DNA of 64,000 nucleotides from Candidatus Micrarchaeota archaeon (GTDB lineage Archaea; Micrarchaeota; Micrarchaeia; Anstonellales; Bilamarchaeaceae): NCBI GenBank assembly GCA_022627495.1, contig JAKEGJ010000021.1, positions 14,612 to 78,611 of the forward strand, read 5' to 3'. Shown piece by piece: positions 55,971 to 64,000 of this stretch (position 1 is its first letter; each line of letters starts with the position of its first letter). The notes under the pieces were generated by a model. It saw only the letters and a program-made list of their open reading frames with translations, ran no database searches and was not told where the DNA came from. The position numbers and the translations under genes were made by a program.

Positions 55971-56104
55971 GGAGTATCACCTTAGGAATTGAAAGATTTG
56001 GACCGCAGTCCAAACGGATTTCAATTCCGATTTTCATGGAGTATCACCTTAGGAATTGAAAGATTTGGACCGCAGTCCAAACGGATCTCTATGCCAATCT
56101 TCAT
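55949..56104 (-). repeat. 67-bp tandem duplication between gatD and gatE (two identical units plus a diverged 22-nt third copy of the gatE start)
   Basis: Units 55949-56015 and 56016-56082 are identical. 56083-56104 encodes the same MKIGIEI with 5 synonymous differences, and its ATG overlaps the gatD stop (TGATG). Confidence 0.9.
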
Positions 56105-57417
56105 CAGTATCCCTCGATTGCGGAGCGCGCGGTAATCTCCCCTGCGACATTCTCCATCATGAGCCGGCCTATCTCCTTCACGTCCTTGGCCTGGCCGCGG
56201 GCCCAGCACATCTTCGCGTATGCCGCCTCGGGCGTCCAGTCCGCCCCATCCCCGATGACGCCGGCCTCCATCAGGAGCCTGCCGCTCGAGTAGACGCGCA
56301 TGCAGATGCGCCCGGATATGCACTGGCTCGCCATCGCGACCGGGATGCCGGATGAAACGAGTTCGCGGATGGGCCTGACCACGCCTTTCACGGTCTTGTC
56401 TTCGAACGCGTTCGCGGGGGTGTGGCCGAGGCCGGTCCCGACCAGCACGATGCCGTCGTAATCGTCCAGCCTGGCGAATAGGTCTGGCCTGATGTTCGGG
56501 TGGATGTAGACCATGGCGACATTGTCGTTCAGCTCCTTCTTCGCAACCAGGCCGCCCTTGCGCCGCGGCACCCATTCCGAGAGGCGCTCGAAGCGCTTCG
56601 ACCGGTAGTCGACGGCTGCAAGCGGGTGCGCGTTTATGGAATGGAATGCGTCCCTGCGCGAGGTGTGCATCTTCCGGACGCGCGTGCCGCGGTGGAGGTG
56701 GCAGTAATCGTCGCTGGTCGAGGCGTGCATGCACACCGCAACTTCGCCCAGGTCCTGCGTGGCGCTGTATACGGAATTGAGCATGTTCATCTCGTTCTCG
56801 CTGGAGGGGCGGTCCGAGCTCCTCTGCGAGCCCACGAGGACGATGGGCACCGGGAGGTTCTGGAGCATGTAGCTTATCGCTGCCGATGTGTATGTCATGG
56901 TGTCGGTGCCGTGCATGACCACCACGCCCTCGCTCCCGTCCTTAATCTCGTCCTCAATCGCATCGGCTAGCATCCGCCAGTGCTTCGCGCCCATGTCCTC
57001 TGAAAAAAGCGAGAATATCTGGCGCGAATGGATGTCCCATTTTTTCAGCGTGGGAAACGCCATGCGCAGCTCCCTGGGCGTGATGGACGGGTAGACGGCG
57101 CCGGTCCGGTATTCTATCTTCGATGCTATCGTGCCGCCGCAGCCCAGGATTGCTATCCCTCCCCTCGCCACGGGCCCGGCCTCGTTTGCGGGGGCAGGCG
57201 GCTTCTTGGGCGCCTTCGCAATCAGCTCAACCGACTCCGCCTTGAGGCCGGTATTGTAGCCGTTATCGAGCTTGAGGACGATGGTGTCGTCGTCGCCTCC
57301 GGCAGGGCGCGGCATCAGGAAGCCGCTGTATTCGGCCCCGGCGGACACCACGCGGATGCGGTCCCCGGTCTCGATGCTGTTTTTCCTGAATTCCTCTAGA
57401 AGCCTTCGTGAGTACAT
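56104..57417 (-). CDS. gatD: Glutamyl-tRNA(Gln) amidotransferase subunit D
   Basis: Asparaginase-like domain (ILGCGGTIAS, HGTDTM). 437 aa. TATA-like tttaaaataaa ~35 nt upstream. Confidence 0.95.
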   Translation of the reverse strand: MYSRRLLEEFRKNSIETGDRIRVVSAGAEYSGFLMPRPAGGDDDTIVLKLDNGYNTGLKAESVELIAKAPKKPPAPANEAGPVARGGIAILGCGGTIASKIEYRTGAVYPSITPRELRMAFPTLKKWDIHSRQIFSLFSEDMGAKHWRMLADAIEDEIKDGSEGVVVMHGTDTMTYTSAAISYMLQNLPVPIVLVGSQRSSDRPSSENEMNMLNSVYSATQDLGEVAVCMHASTSDDYCHLHRGTRVRKMHTSRRDAFHSINAHPLAAVDYRSKRFERLSEWVPRRKGGLVAKKELNDNVAMVYIHPNIRPDLFARLDDYDGIVLVGTGLGHTPANAFEDKTVKGVVRPIRELVSSGIPVAMASQCISGRICMRVYSSGRLLMEAGVIGDGADWTPEAAYAKMCWARGQAKDVKEIGRLMMENVAGEITARSAIEGY

Positions 57418-57582
57418 TGTTCTCCCGAATGGATATTCGGGGCATTTATTTTAAATCAGCGGGGGGCGGGCCGGATGCCGCCGGGGCATGCGATAGGCGC
57501 GCCTTGCGGACGGCCGTTGGGCGGGAGGGGCGCCGCTGCCGTCGCGCGCGGGGATGCCCGGGAAGGAGCGTTAAACGGAGCG

Positions 57583-60500
57583 TCATTCTGAAATCCTGTA
57601 TATCCTGACCGCGCCGCTCGGCGATGAGTAGACCTGCGTGAAACCGGGAAGTTCGTTTAAAAACAGCGCACGATAGAGCGCGGAGTCGTAGAACTTGCCC
57701 TTGCGGTCCTCATAGCCGCTCCGCAGTTCGCCGTTTTCGAGCCATACCATGTCCTCGGTGTAGAAGAGCGTCACCCCGGTCGCCTGCCCGAAATGGACGC
57801 TTGTCTGAAGCGAGTATGGCAGCTGGAGGATCGCCTTGTTGAGCTTCAGGTCGCCGTTCGGGTAGGTTTCATTGAGGTAATAGGTCGTGAACGTGGTATC
57901 CCCGGTCGCAAGCGTAGCGTTGCCGATGCAGTAAGCCGGCTCGGCGCGCATGTAGTCGCGGCAGTACGAGATGATGCGGGAATCCGTCGGGGCCATGCAG
58001 TCGCTCGGGTAATAGGGCAGGTAGGTCTGCCCGGCATACATCTTGTAGGCCGTCAGGCCGGTCTTGCCGGTCAGGCTGGAAATCGTGCATGGATTGCCCG
58101 TCACGAAGATGGTCTCCCAGAGGTGCTCGGCCTCGCATTCCGATTCGCCCGGGGCGTTCGCAACCGAGGTCAAATTGTCCCTTGCGCAGGAGAGGTAGTT
58201 GAGGGCGCCGTATTTGCCGCCGAGGGCGCCGCCGCTGGAAACGAGCTCCATGTCGAAAAGCGCGTACTCGCTTCCGTGCGCCTGCATCCAGGCTTTCAGC
58301 TCAGCTGGGCTCGCGTCGGTGTAGCCGTGCGCCACGTCGCCTATCATCCCGTGCGACGCATGCTCGTTGCGTATCACCGCGTTGCGCTCCCCGAAATAGT
58401 TTATCCAGTGGCCGTAGTCCCACCAGGAGGTCACCCTCGCATCCTGCCCGGTGCTGTTCATGAGCCATTCCATCGAGTCAATCCAGTACTCGCTTAGCCT
58501 CTGGCACCTGAAAGAGGCCGCGGACCCCTGGAAGGGGGGTATCAGCGCGTCGTTTGCGGGATTGGCGTCATACATGTAGGTCATGACGGAATAGTTGGAG
58601 AATAGGGAAAGCATGCACAATTTGGAGCTGTACTGGTAGTTGGTGCCCTTGCTGGCATATCCTATGGGGTCCGCAGCCGCCAGGCAGACCTCCGCATCCC
58701 CGCTCTCGTTGCACATCGAAGAGAACTTCGCTGCCAGCGCCGCAGGGTCGTTCTGGTAAAGCGGCTGCATCGAGCCCCAGATGAGGGAGGGGGAAAACCC
58801 CTGGAAGATGAACTGAAGCAGGACCAGGATGACGGCTACGGCCAGCGGAATCCTGTATGCGAGCTTGCCGAGTTCCGCCTGTTTCAGCGATTTCGACAGG
58901 GACTCGATGATGCTGCCGGCCATGCCAAGGGTGAAGCCTATCGCGACCGCAAGAAGCACCCCTGAATAGATGGTGTATTTCGCCTTTATCAGGCCCACGA
59001 CAAGCGGGGGGAGCACGATTGCAAGGAAGAAGATGAATAGCCCGTCGTCCTCCTTCTTCACGAATCTGTAAGCCGAATAGGCGCAGGCAACCAGGAACAG
59101 GAATATCCAGAGCTGGAGGAAGCTCACGTCAAGCCCGCCGAGGGTCACGTCGGTCCCGAGGGAAAAATTCGCGAGGGCAACGAACGCTGCGATGATTGTG
59201 TTGACGATGAATGTGAATGGCAGGAGCAGGAGGAACAGAACCAGGTTGACTAGGTTGCCTATATTGTCCACCGACGCGGGAAAGAAATAGCTCGCAGCGA
59301 TGAACCCCATCTGGCCGCTGAACGAGGAGGGAGCGTTGCCCTGCTCTGCGATAGTCCGGTCGAGCGGGGCGTTGTACTTGGCTATCCCGAAGCCGGCCTT
59401 GCCGAGGCCCTTCACATAGTCGCCGACCGGCGTCGCGGCATAGACCGCAAGGCCGATTATGATGATTGCCGCCAGGACCGCAGTGCCTGTAGCGCGGTCC
59501 GGCACATTCTTCCGGATGAGATATAAGATGCCGGCAAATGCCACGGGCAGGGCGAATGCCACGGCTATCGACAGGGAGATTGTGCCGGCGCCGTAGAGCG
59601 GCTTGATAATCGAACTTGCGATGAGGGGCCCCAGGACGAAGACGATTGAGTTCGAGAGCACGATGTGCCGCAGTTCGCTCCCGTCATGGTCGCGGATGAA
59701 GACAAGGACCGCCTGGACGCCGATGAAGAGTATGAGCGATACTACTGCGAGTATCTGGGACGAGCTTCCCATGGCGAGCGCGGCGAATGAAAGCCCTGCA
59801 AGCAGGGGGAAGAGCACGTCTTTGCCTGGATTCAGGTCCTTCATCGTCGGGAGCCTCAAATCCCGCCTCTTGACTGAGAGGAGGTACATGGAGTAGAAGA
59901 AGAAAAGCGCGAAGAACGCATAAGGCTGGACCTCCTGCTCGCCCGCTGCGAGCTTGAATACGAATACGGGCGCGAAAGAGGCGATGCCAGAGGCCGCAAG
60001 GCCCCATTCGCGCCTTGTCGCCGTAGATACCAGCAGGTAGATGAAGAAGACGGACAGCACGGCCGCGATTGGGGGGTACATGGATGCGATGACCGCGAGA
60101 AGCATGTTGTCGTAGGCCGCGCCCCCGGTGTAGAGCGCGTACCATTCAGCCTCCAGGTAGGCGAGCATCGGGATGCCCCGGTGGTTCACGCTCAGGTCCG
60201 GGTACCATGCGGTGGCATCGGACATCGGGTTCTCCCCGGCGGTCAGCAGCTGCGTGGCCGAATAGGTATAGAAATACGGGTCGAGCTCCTGGAAAATAGG
60301 GCTGTATGAGCTGAAGCGCGCCAGGTAGGTCAGGACCAGGATTATTATGAGAACTGCCGGGATGAGCATCTCCATGGACGGCTGGAACTTCAAACCGCGC
60401 GGGATGAAATCCTCGTACGCCTTCGTGAAAAAGAGCGCAACGATTGCGGCGATGTAAAGGAGGCCCATCGACATGAGCGCGACATCGTATGTGAATTTGA

Positions 60501-60696
60501 CCCCTGCAATGAAATAGAGCAGGAACGGGATCAGGGGAAGTAGGACGAAGCCCAGGGCGAACCCGATTAGGAGCTTTTCGACAAGGCTGAAGCCCTCGTG
60601 CTTCCTGAACAAGGCGAGCGAAAGCGCGGCGCCGGGAATGAAGCAGGACAACAACAACCATGCCAGAAACAAGACTGGGTCGAAGGAAACAAACAT
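57583..60696 (-). CDS. aglB: Archaeal oligosaccharyltransferase AglB (STT3 family)
   Basis: 1037 aa. ~13 N-terminal TM helices. WWDYGHW catalytic motif in the C-terminal soluble domain. Confidence 0.9.
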   Translation of the reverse strand: MFVSFDPVLFLAWLLLSCFIPGAALSLALFRKHEGFSLVEKLLIGFALGFVLLPLIPFLLYFIAGVKFTYDVALMSMGLLYIAAIVALFFTKAYEDFIPRGLKFQPSMEMLIPAVLIIILVLTYLARFSSYSPIFQELDPYFYTYSATQLLTAGENPMSDATAWYPDLSVNHRGIPMLAYLEAEWYALYTGGAAYDNMLLAVIASMYPPIAAVLSVFFIYLLVSTATRREWGLAASGIASFAPVFVFKLAAGEQEVQPYAFFALFFFYSMYLLSVKRRDLRLPTMKDLNPGKDVLFPLLAGLSFAALAMGSSSQILAVVSLILFIGVQAVLVFIRDHDGSELRHIVLSNSIVFVLGPLIASSIIKPLYGAGTISLSIAVAFALPVAFAGILYLIRKNVPDRATGTAVLAAIIIIGLAVYAATPVGDYVKGLGKAGFGIAKYNAPLDRTIAEQGNAPSSFSGQMGFIAASYFFPASVDNIGNLVNLVLFLLLLPFTFIVNTIIAAFVALANFSLGTDVTLGGLDVSFLQLWIFLFLVACAYSAYRFVKKEDDGLFIFFLAIVLPPLVVGLIKAKYTIYSGVLLAVAIGFTLGMAGSIIESLSKSLKQAELGKLAYRIPLAVAVILVLLQFIFQGFSPSLIWGSMQPLYQNDPAALAAKFSSMCNESGDAEVCLAAADPIGYASKGTNYQYSSKLCMLSLFSNYSVMTYMYDANPANDALIPPFQGSAASFRCQRLSEYWIDSMEWLMNSTGQDARVTSWWDYGHWINYFGERNAVIRNEHASHGMIGDVAHGYTDASPAELKAWMQAHGSEYALFDMELVSSGGALGGKYGALNYLSCARDNLTSVANAPGESECEAEHLWETIFVTGNPCTISSLTGKTGLTAYKMYAGQTYLPYYPSDCMAPTDSRIISYCRDYMRAEPAYCIGNATLATGDTTFTTYYLNETYPNGDLKLNKAILQLPYSLQTSVHFGQATGVTLFYTEDMVWLENGELRSGYEDRKGKFYDSALYRALFLNELPGFTQVYSSPSGAVRIYRISE

Positions 60697-60711
60697 CGTG
60701 GGTTCACCAAA

Positions 60712-61794
60712 TCAGAGATAGTCTATGTCGCCGCTTCCGGATTGGATGCCGGAGGCGGAACTCGTTTCGGCGCTCTTGCCGAGGATGTACGGGGACTTGA
60801 CCCCGGTGATTATCGCGGTGATGCGCATCCCGTCATTCAGCGTCGGGCTTATCCGGGCGCCCATCTTGACATTCGCGGTCTCGTCGAAGCTTTCGGTCAG
60901 GAGCTCCCCGGCCCGAATCGCATCGCCCAGGGAGAGGTCCGGGCCGCCTTCAAGGTGTATCAGGCAGCCTTTGGCTCCCTCGTAATTGACATCGAGGAGC
61001 GGGTGCTGGAGCGTGTCTTTGACTACGTCTTCCACCTTGTTGTGGCCGTTTCCTGAGCCCAGGGATATCATGGAGAGCCCCCCGCCCTCCATCACGGTCT
61101 TCACATCTGCATAATCCACGTTGATGAGGCTCGGGAACATTATGGTGTCCGATATTCCGGTCACGGCGCGCGTGGTTATGGAGTCTGCCAGCTCGAACGC
61201 CTTGTTGACAGGCAGGTTCGGGACGTATGTCGCGAGGCGGTTGTTGTCGATTACTACTACGGTGTCGCAGACCTTGACCAGCTCCGAGAGCGCGCTCTGG
61301 GCCTTCTTGAGCCGGACGCGCTCGAGGGCGAATGGGTAGGTCACCATGGCAACGACGATTGCGCCCTGCTCCCGCGCCATCTGGGCGATAGCTGGCGATG
61401 CGCCGCTCCCGGTTCCGCCGCCCATGCCGGCAACCAGGAAGACGAGCTCGTTCTCGCCGATTTCCTTCCTGAGCATGTCGCGGTCCACTTCGGCGCACTT
61501 CCTTGCGACATTGAGGTCGCCGCCTGCGCCGAGGCCGCGTGTGATGGTCTTGCCGAGGAGCACCTTCTTCGACGCGCCTATCATGTTGAGGTGCTTGCCG
61601 TCCGTGTTGATTGCCACCGTGCGCGCGCTTTTGAGGCCGGCCTGGTGGAGCCGGTTCACGCAGTTGCAGCCCGCGCCGCCGACGCCGATTACGGATATCC
61701 GAATAGACGCGTTGTCCATCTCGCCGGCTGGATTGGATTGCTGGGCCGGCTGCGCACCTCCCTCCTTAGCAGCCTTTATGATGTCATCGAACAT
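60712..61794 (-). CDS. ftsZ: Cell division GTPase FtsZ
   Basis: GVGGAGCN and tubulin signature GMGGGTGSGA. ATG at 61794 is preceded by GGTGG. The track's GTG is at 61803. Confidence 0.95.
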   Translation of the reverse strand: MFDDIIKAAKEGGAQPAQQSNPAGEMDNASIRISVIGVGGAGCNCVNRLHQAGLKSARTVAINTDGKHLNMIGASKKVLLGKTITRGLGAGGDLNVARKCAEVDRDMLRKEIGENELVFLVAGMGGGTGSGASPAIAQMAREQGAIVVAMVTYPFALERVRLKKAQSALSELVKVCDTVVVIDNNRLATYVPNLPVNKAFELADSITTRAVTGISDTIMFPSLINVDYADVKTVMEGGGLSMISLGSGNGHNKVEDVVKDTLQHPLLDVNYEGAKGCLIHLEGGPDLSLGDAIRAGELLTESFDETANVKMGARISPTLNDGMRITAIITGVKSPYILGKSAETSSASGIQSGSGDIDYL

Positions 61795-61992
61795 CAGAAC
61801 CACCTACAAAAATCATCGGATAATAAGTGAAATACAATTACCAAAGAAAAGAATATAAACGGGAGTCTTGCCGCCCTGCGGAAAGGCCGTTTGATGGCAT
61901 TTCCAGGCCCCGGGAACCCGAAACCGCCAGGGGGACCGATGCAAGACTTCTGCTCCCCCTAGGCGTCTACCCCCTTGTAGAAATCCTAAACA

Positions 61993-62020
61993 CGAAACCC
62001 GAAACTGGAAACCGGGAACC
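61993..62020. repeat. GGAAAC-heptad element (copy 3)
   Basis: cgaaac-ccgaaac-tggaaac-cgggaac-c. The downstream catgtggctgcggcccc resembles cgtaggctgcctgcccc after copy 1. Related short runs are at 61911-61926 and 62045-62068. Confidence 0.75.
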
Positions 62021-62161
62021 ATGTGGCTGCGGCCCCAAGTTTTCCGGTTCCTTCGGAACCGAAAACCGCCTAAGAGAATTCAGATGGGAAAAGAATGGGG
62101 GGATGGCCACCAACCAAAAGGAGGGATGGGTGGGTGGACTGGTGGTTCCCCGCCATAAGCT

Positions 62162-62836
62162 TCAGTCGTTGCCGCCAGGGTAGTCGCCCTGCTGGTAACC
62201 CTGCATCAAATCGTCCATGCTGCAGACCTTGCCTGGCGTCGCGAACTTGGACGCGTCATATATCCATGGGACGCAGTTGATTTTCGCAGGGGGGACTTCG
62301 CTGTAATCCGGAGGCTCCGAAGATGCCGGGCCGGACGCGCCAGTCGTCTCCGAGGTCATGTGAAGCCAGTCGCACTGGGGGAACAGGGTTCCGTCCGCGC
62401 AGCCCATGTAGAAGTCGTCTCCCTTCATTATGGAGACCATCTTGCCGCAGGTGCTTCCTTCCTGGGTAATCGCCACTTCGCTGCGGACCTCGTCGCCGCC
62501 TTTCATGTAAACCTTGACTGTCGTGGAATTTACAGTCATGTCGCACTGGAGGGGAACGCCCATTGTTGCAAGCGCTTCGTAGGTTTGGCCTGCAAGGCCA
62601 TCGCCTTCGGTCGCCTGCTCCTGTTCCTGCTGCTGCTCCTGAGTCTGCTGCTGCTCCTGCTCGCCAGCCTGCGGGCCTTGCTGGTCCTGCTGCTGGGTCT
62701 GCTCCTGCTGAGTCTGCCCCTCGGTCTGGATGCCGGAGCCGGCCTGCCCTCCGGCAGGCGGATTCGCCGGACCTGTGCAGCCGAATAAAATCATTCCTAC
62801 TACGAGCATTATTACGAAGATGTTTGCGCCTCTCAT
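62162..62836 (-). CDS. Putative lipoprotein with Q/E-rich linker and Cys-rich globular domain
   Basis: The signal MRGANIFVIMLVVGMILFGC has a lipobox-like LFGC. A ~60-aa Q/E/T low-complexity linker follows, and then 6 Cys in the C-terminal domain. The alternative frame 62256..62846 is an R/A/G-rich shadow. Confidence 0.65.
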   Translation of the reverse strand: MRGANIFVIMLVVGMILFGCTGPANPPAGGQAGSGIQTEGQTQQEQTQQQDQQGPQAGEQEQQQTQEQQQEQEQATEGDGLAGQTYEALATMGVPLQCDMTVNSTTVKVYMKGGDEVRSEVAITQEGSTCGKMVSIMKGDDFYMGCADGTLFPQCDWLHMTSETTGASGPASSEPPDYSEVPPAKINCVPWIYDASKFATPGKVCSMDDLMQGYQQGDYPGGND

Positions 62837-62963
62837 GCGTTTGCATCTTGATTAATATTTATAAAGCATCAAGTCCCCACCCCGGAGGATTTGTCCCCAA
62901 ACGCCCATACTGCGCAATCACAAGAATTTAATTACCTATTCGCGAACGCTCTGCGGGAGTCTT

Positions 62964-63896
62964 ATGGCAAGCCTGCAATGCTTATTCTTCAAGAAACGAA
63001 TCAAGAACCCGATTCTTCTCGCCTCCGGCGTGCTGGGCATGACGAAAGGCAGCCTTGAGGCGGCCTGCGAGAACGGGTGCGGCGGCGTTATTGCGAAATC
63101 GCTGACGCTGGAGCCGCGCAAGGGCCACGACGGCCCGAACATCGTTGAGACGGAATGCGGGCTCCTGAACGCGATGGGATACCCGAACCCGGGGATAGAG
63201 GCAGGGCTTGCGGAGTTCGGCAACTGGAAGAGGGAGGAAGCGCTCATCATCAGCATTGTGGGAAAGGACGCGGGGGAATTCGGACAGCTTGCCGGGAAAG
63301 CGGAGGATGCGAAGAAGACGCTCGGCGCAAGCGCGATTGAAGCAGCCATCTCCTGCCCGCACACGCCTGGATATGGGACGATGGCTGGCCAGGGAACCCC
63401 GGAATCAATCCGCGACATCACCCGCGCAATCAAGGACCACTGCTCGCTCCCGCTTATCATCAAGCTCTCGCCATCGATTCCGGGCGAGGGGAAGGCGGCA
63501 AAGGCCGCGGAAGACGCGGGCGCGGATGCGATAAACATGGGCAACTCGCTCGGGCCGGGGATGAAAATCGACCTTGCCCGGCGGAAGCCGGTGCTGGGTT
63601 TCGGGGTGGGCGGGCTCACCGGGCCGGCAATCAAGCCGATAATCGTCCGCGCAGTGCATGATATTTACCGGAGCGTGAAAATCCCGATAATCGGGACAGG
63701 CGGCGTGACGAGCGGCGAGGACGCAATCGAGATGATGATGGCTGGGGCGAACTGGGTCTCTGCCGGCAGCGCAGCGTATTACCGGGGGCCGGAGGCCTTT
63801 GGCGAAATCGCGAACGAGATGAAGGCGTGGATGGAAGCGAACGGAGTGAAAGGCGTGAAGGACATCGTTGGTGCTGCACATGAAAAAAGTGACTAA
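62964..63896 (+). CDS. pyrD: Dihydroorotate dehydrogenase, class 1B catalytic subunit
   Basis: NPILLASGVLG, NAMGYPNPG, ISCPHT (class-1 catalytic Cys) and IIGTGGV. It is followed by pyrK. Confidence 0.9.
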   Translation: MASLQCLFFKKRIKNPILLASGVLGMTKGSLEAACENGCGGVIAKSLTLEPRKGHDGPNIVETECGLLNAMGYPNPGIEAGLAEFGNWKREEALIISIVGKDAGEFGQLAGKAEDAKKTLGASAIEAAISCPHTPGYGTMAGQGTPESIRDITRAIKDHCSLPLIIKLSPSIPGEGKAAKAAEDAGADAINMGNSLGPGMKIDLARRKPVLGFGVGGLTGPAIKPIIVRAVHDIYRSVKIPIIGTGGVTSGEDAIEMMMAGANWVSAGSAAYYRGPEAFGEIANEMKAWMEANGVKGVKDIVGAAHEKSD

Positions 63897-64000
63897 TCCC
63901 ATCCGGACCGCGAGGGTGCAAAAAGCCGCGGACGAGAATTACCGCGTGAAGACGCTTGAAATGGATTGCGACCTGCCGCAGGCGCTTCCGGGCCAGTTCC
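63880..64000 (+). CDS. pyrK: Dihydroorotate dehydrogenase electron-transfer subunit (N-terminal fragment; runs off the right edge)
   Basis: The ATG at 63880 overlaps the pyrD end by 17 nt. MKKVTNPIRTARVQKAADENYRVKTLEMDCDLPQALPGQF is a typical PyrK N-terminus ending in the PGQF motif. Confidence 0.7.
   Translation, partial: MKKVTNPIRTARVQKAADENYRVKTLEMDCDLPQALPGQF

Noticed and set aside
53137-55992. Long + strand ORFs opposite the glycosyltransferase and gatE genes (53137..54336, 54960..55985, 55525..55992)
   Set aside because: They are antisense to genes with clear family motifs, and their composition is typical of GC-rich antisense frames.
56021-56734. 237-aa minus-strand ORF ending in ...MKIGIEIRLDCGPNLSIPKVILHENRN
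   Set aside because: Only its last 27 codons (from the ATG at 56104) are meaningful, as the mini-ORF discussed in the findings. The upstream part is an off-frame read-through of gatD.
62256-62846. 196-aa alternative minus-strand frame and 142-aa + strand ORF across the lipoprotein gene
   Set aside because: They are R/A/G-rich or L-repeat translations of the CAG/CTG-rich (poly-Q/E coding) tract. The 62162..62836 frame has a proper signal peptide and lipobox.

Overview
This is a GC-rich, very gene-dense segment of an archaeal chromosome. The GC richness is a by-eye judgement; nothing was computed. The archaeal assignment rests on these markers: family-B DNA polymerase, GatD/GatE, AglB/STT3 oligosaccharyltransferase, GGGP synthase plus geranylgeranyl reductase, Rpo6/RpoK, Pus10, class-I CCA-adding enzyme, NurA, FtsZ and GyrB/GyrA. 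Many neighbouring genes overlap by 4 nt (ATGA), and TATA-like boxes sit about 25-40 nt upstream of start codons. This suggests a small, streamlined genome, possibly DPANN-like, but lineage cannot be determined from the sequence alone. About 57 CDSs and one tRNA-Gly(GCC) are supported. No rRNA or CRISPR array was found.

The most interesting content:
1. A minimal VirB4-type ATPase and membrane-protein module (29.0-34.3 kb) that resembles a T4SS/Ced-like translocon but lacks relaxase, coupling protein and pilin.
2. The same module is interrupted by a ~0.6 kb insertion flanked by imperfect direct repeats that duplicate a gene 3' end.
3. A 67-bp tandem duplication between gatD and gatE that recreates the gatE start three times and forms a relay of overlapping mini-ORFs.
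4. Three copies of the 18-nt 3' end of tRNA-Gly, two of them rebuilt into long hairpins.
5. A dispersed GGAAAC-heptad element at three loci, and a 102-bp direct repeat in a 690-bp non-coding region.
6. An AT-rich single-gene Fic island placed divergently against gyrBA.
7. Several unusual domain architectures: a protein with three tandem excisionase-type HTH repeats, a membrane protein with a Roadblock-like tail, a HEAT plus OB-fold fusion, and a 710-aa protein with four internal repeats.

Most long R/P/G-rich ORFs in the track are antisense or off-frame shadows of real genes and were rejected.
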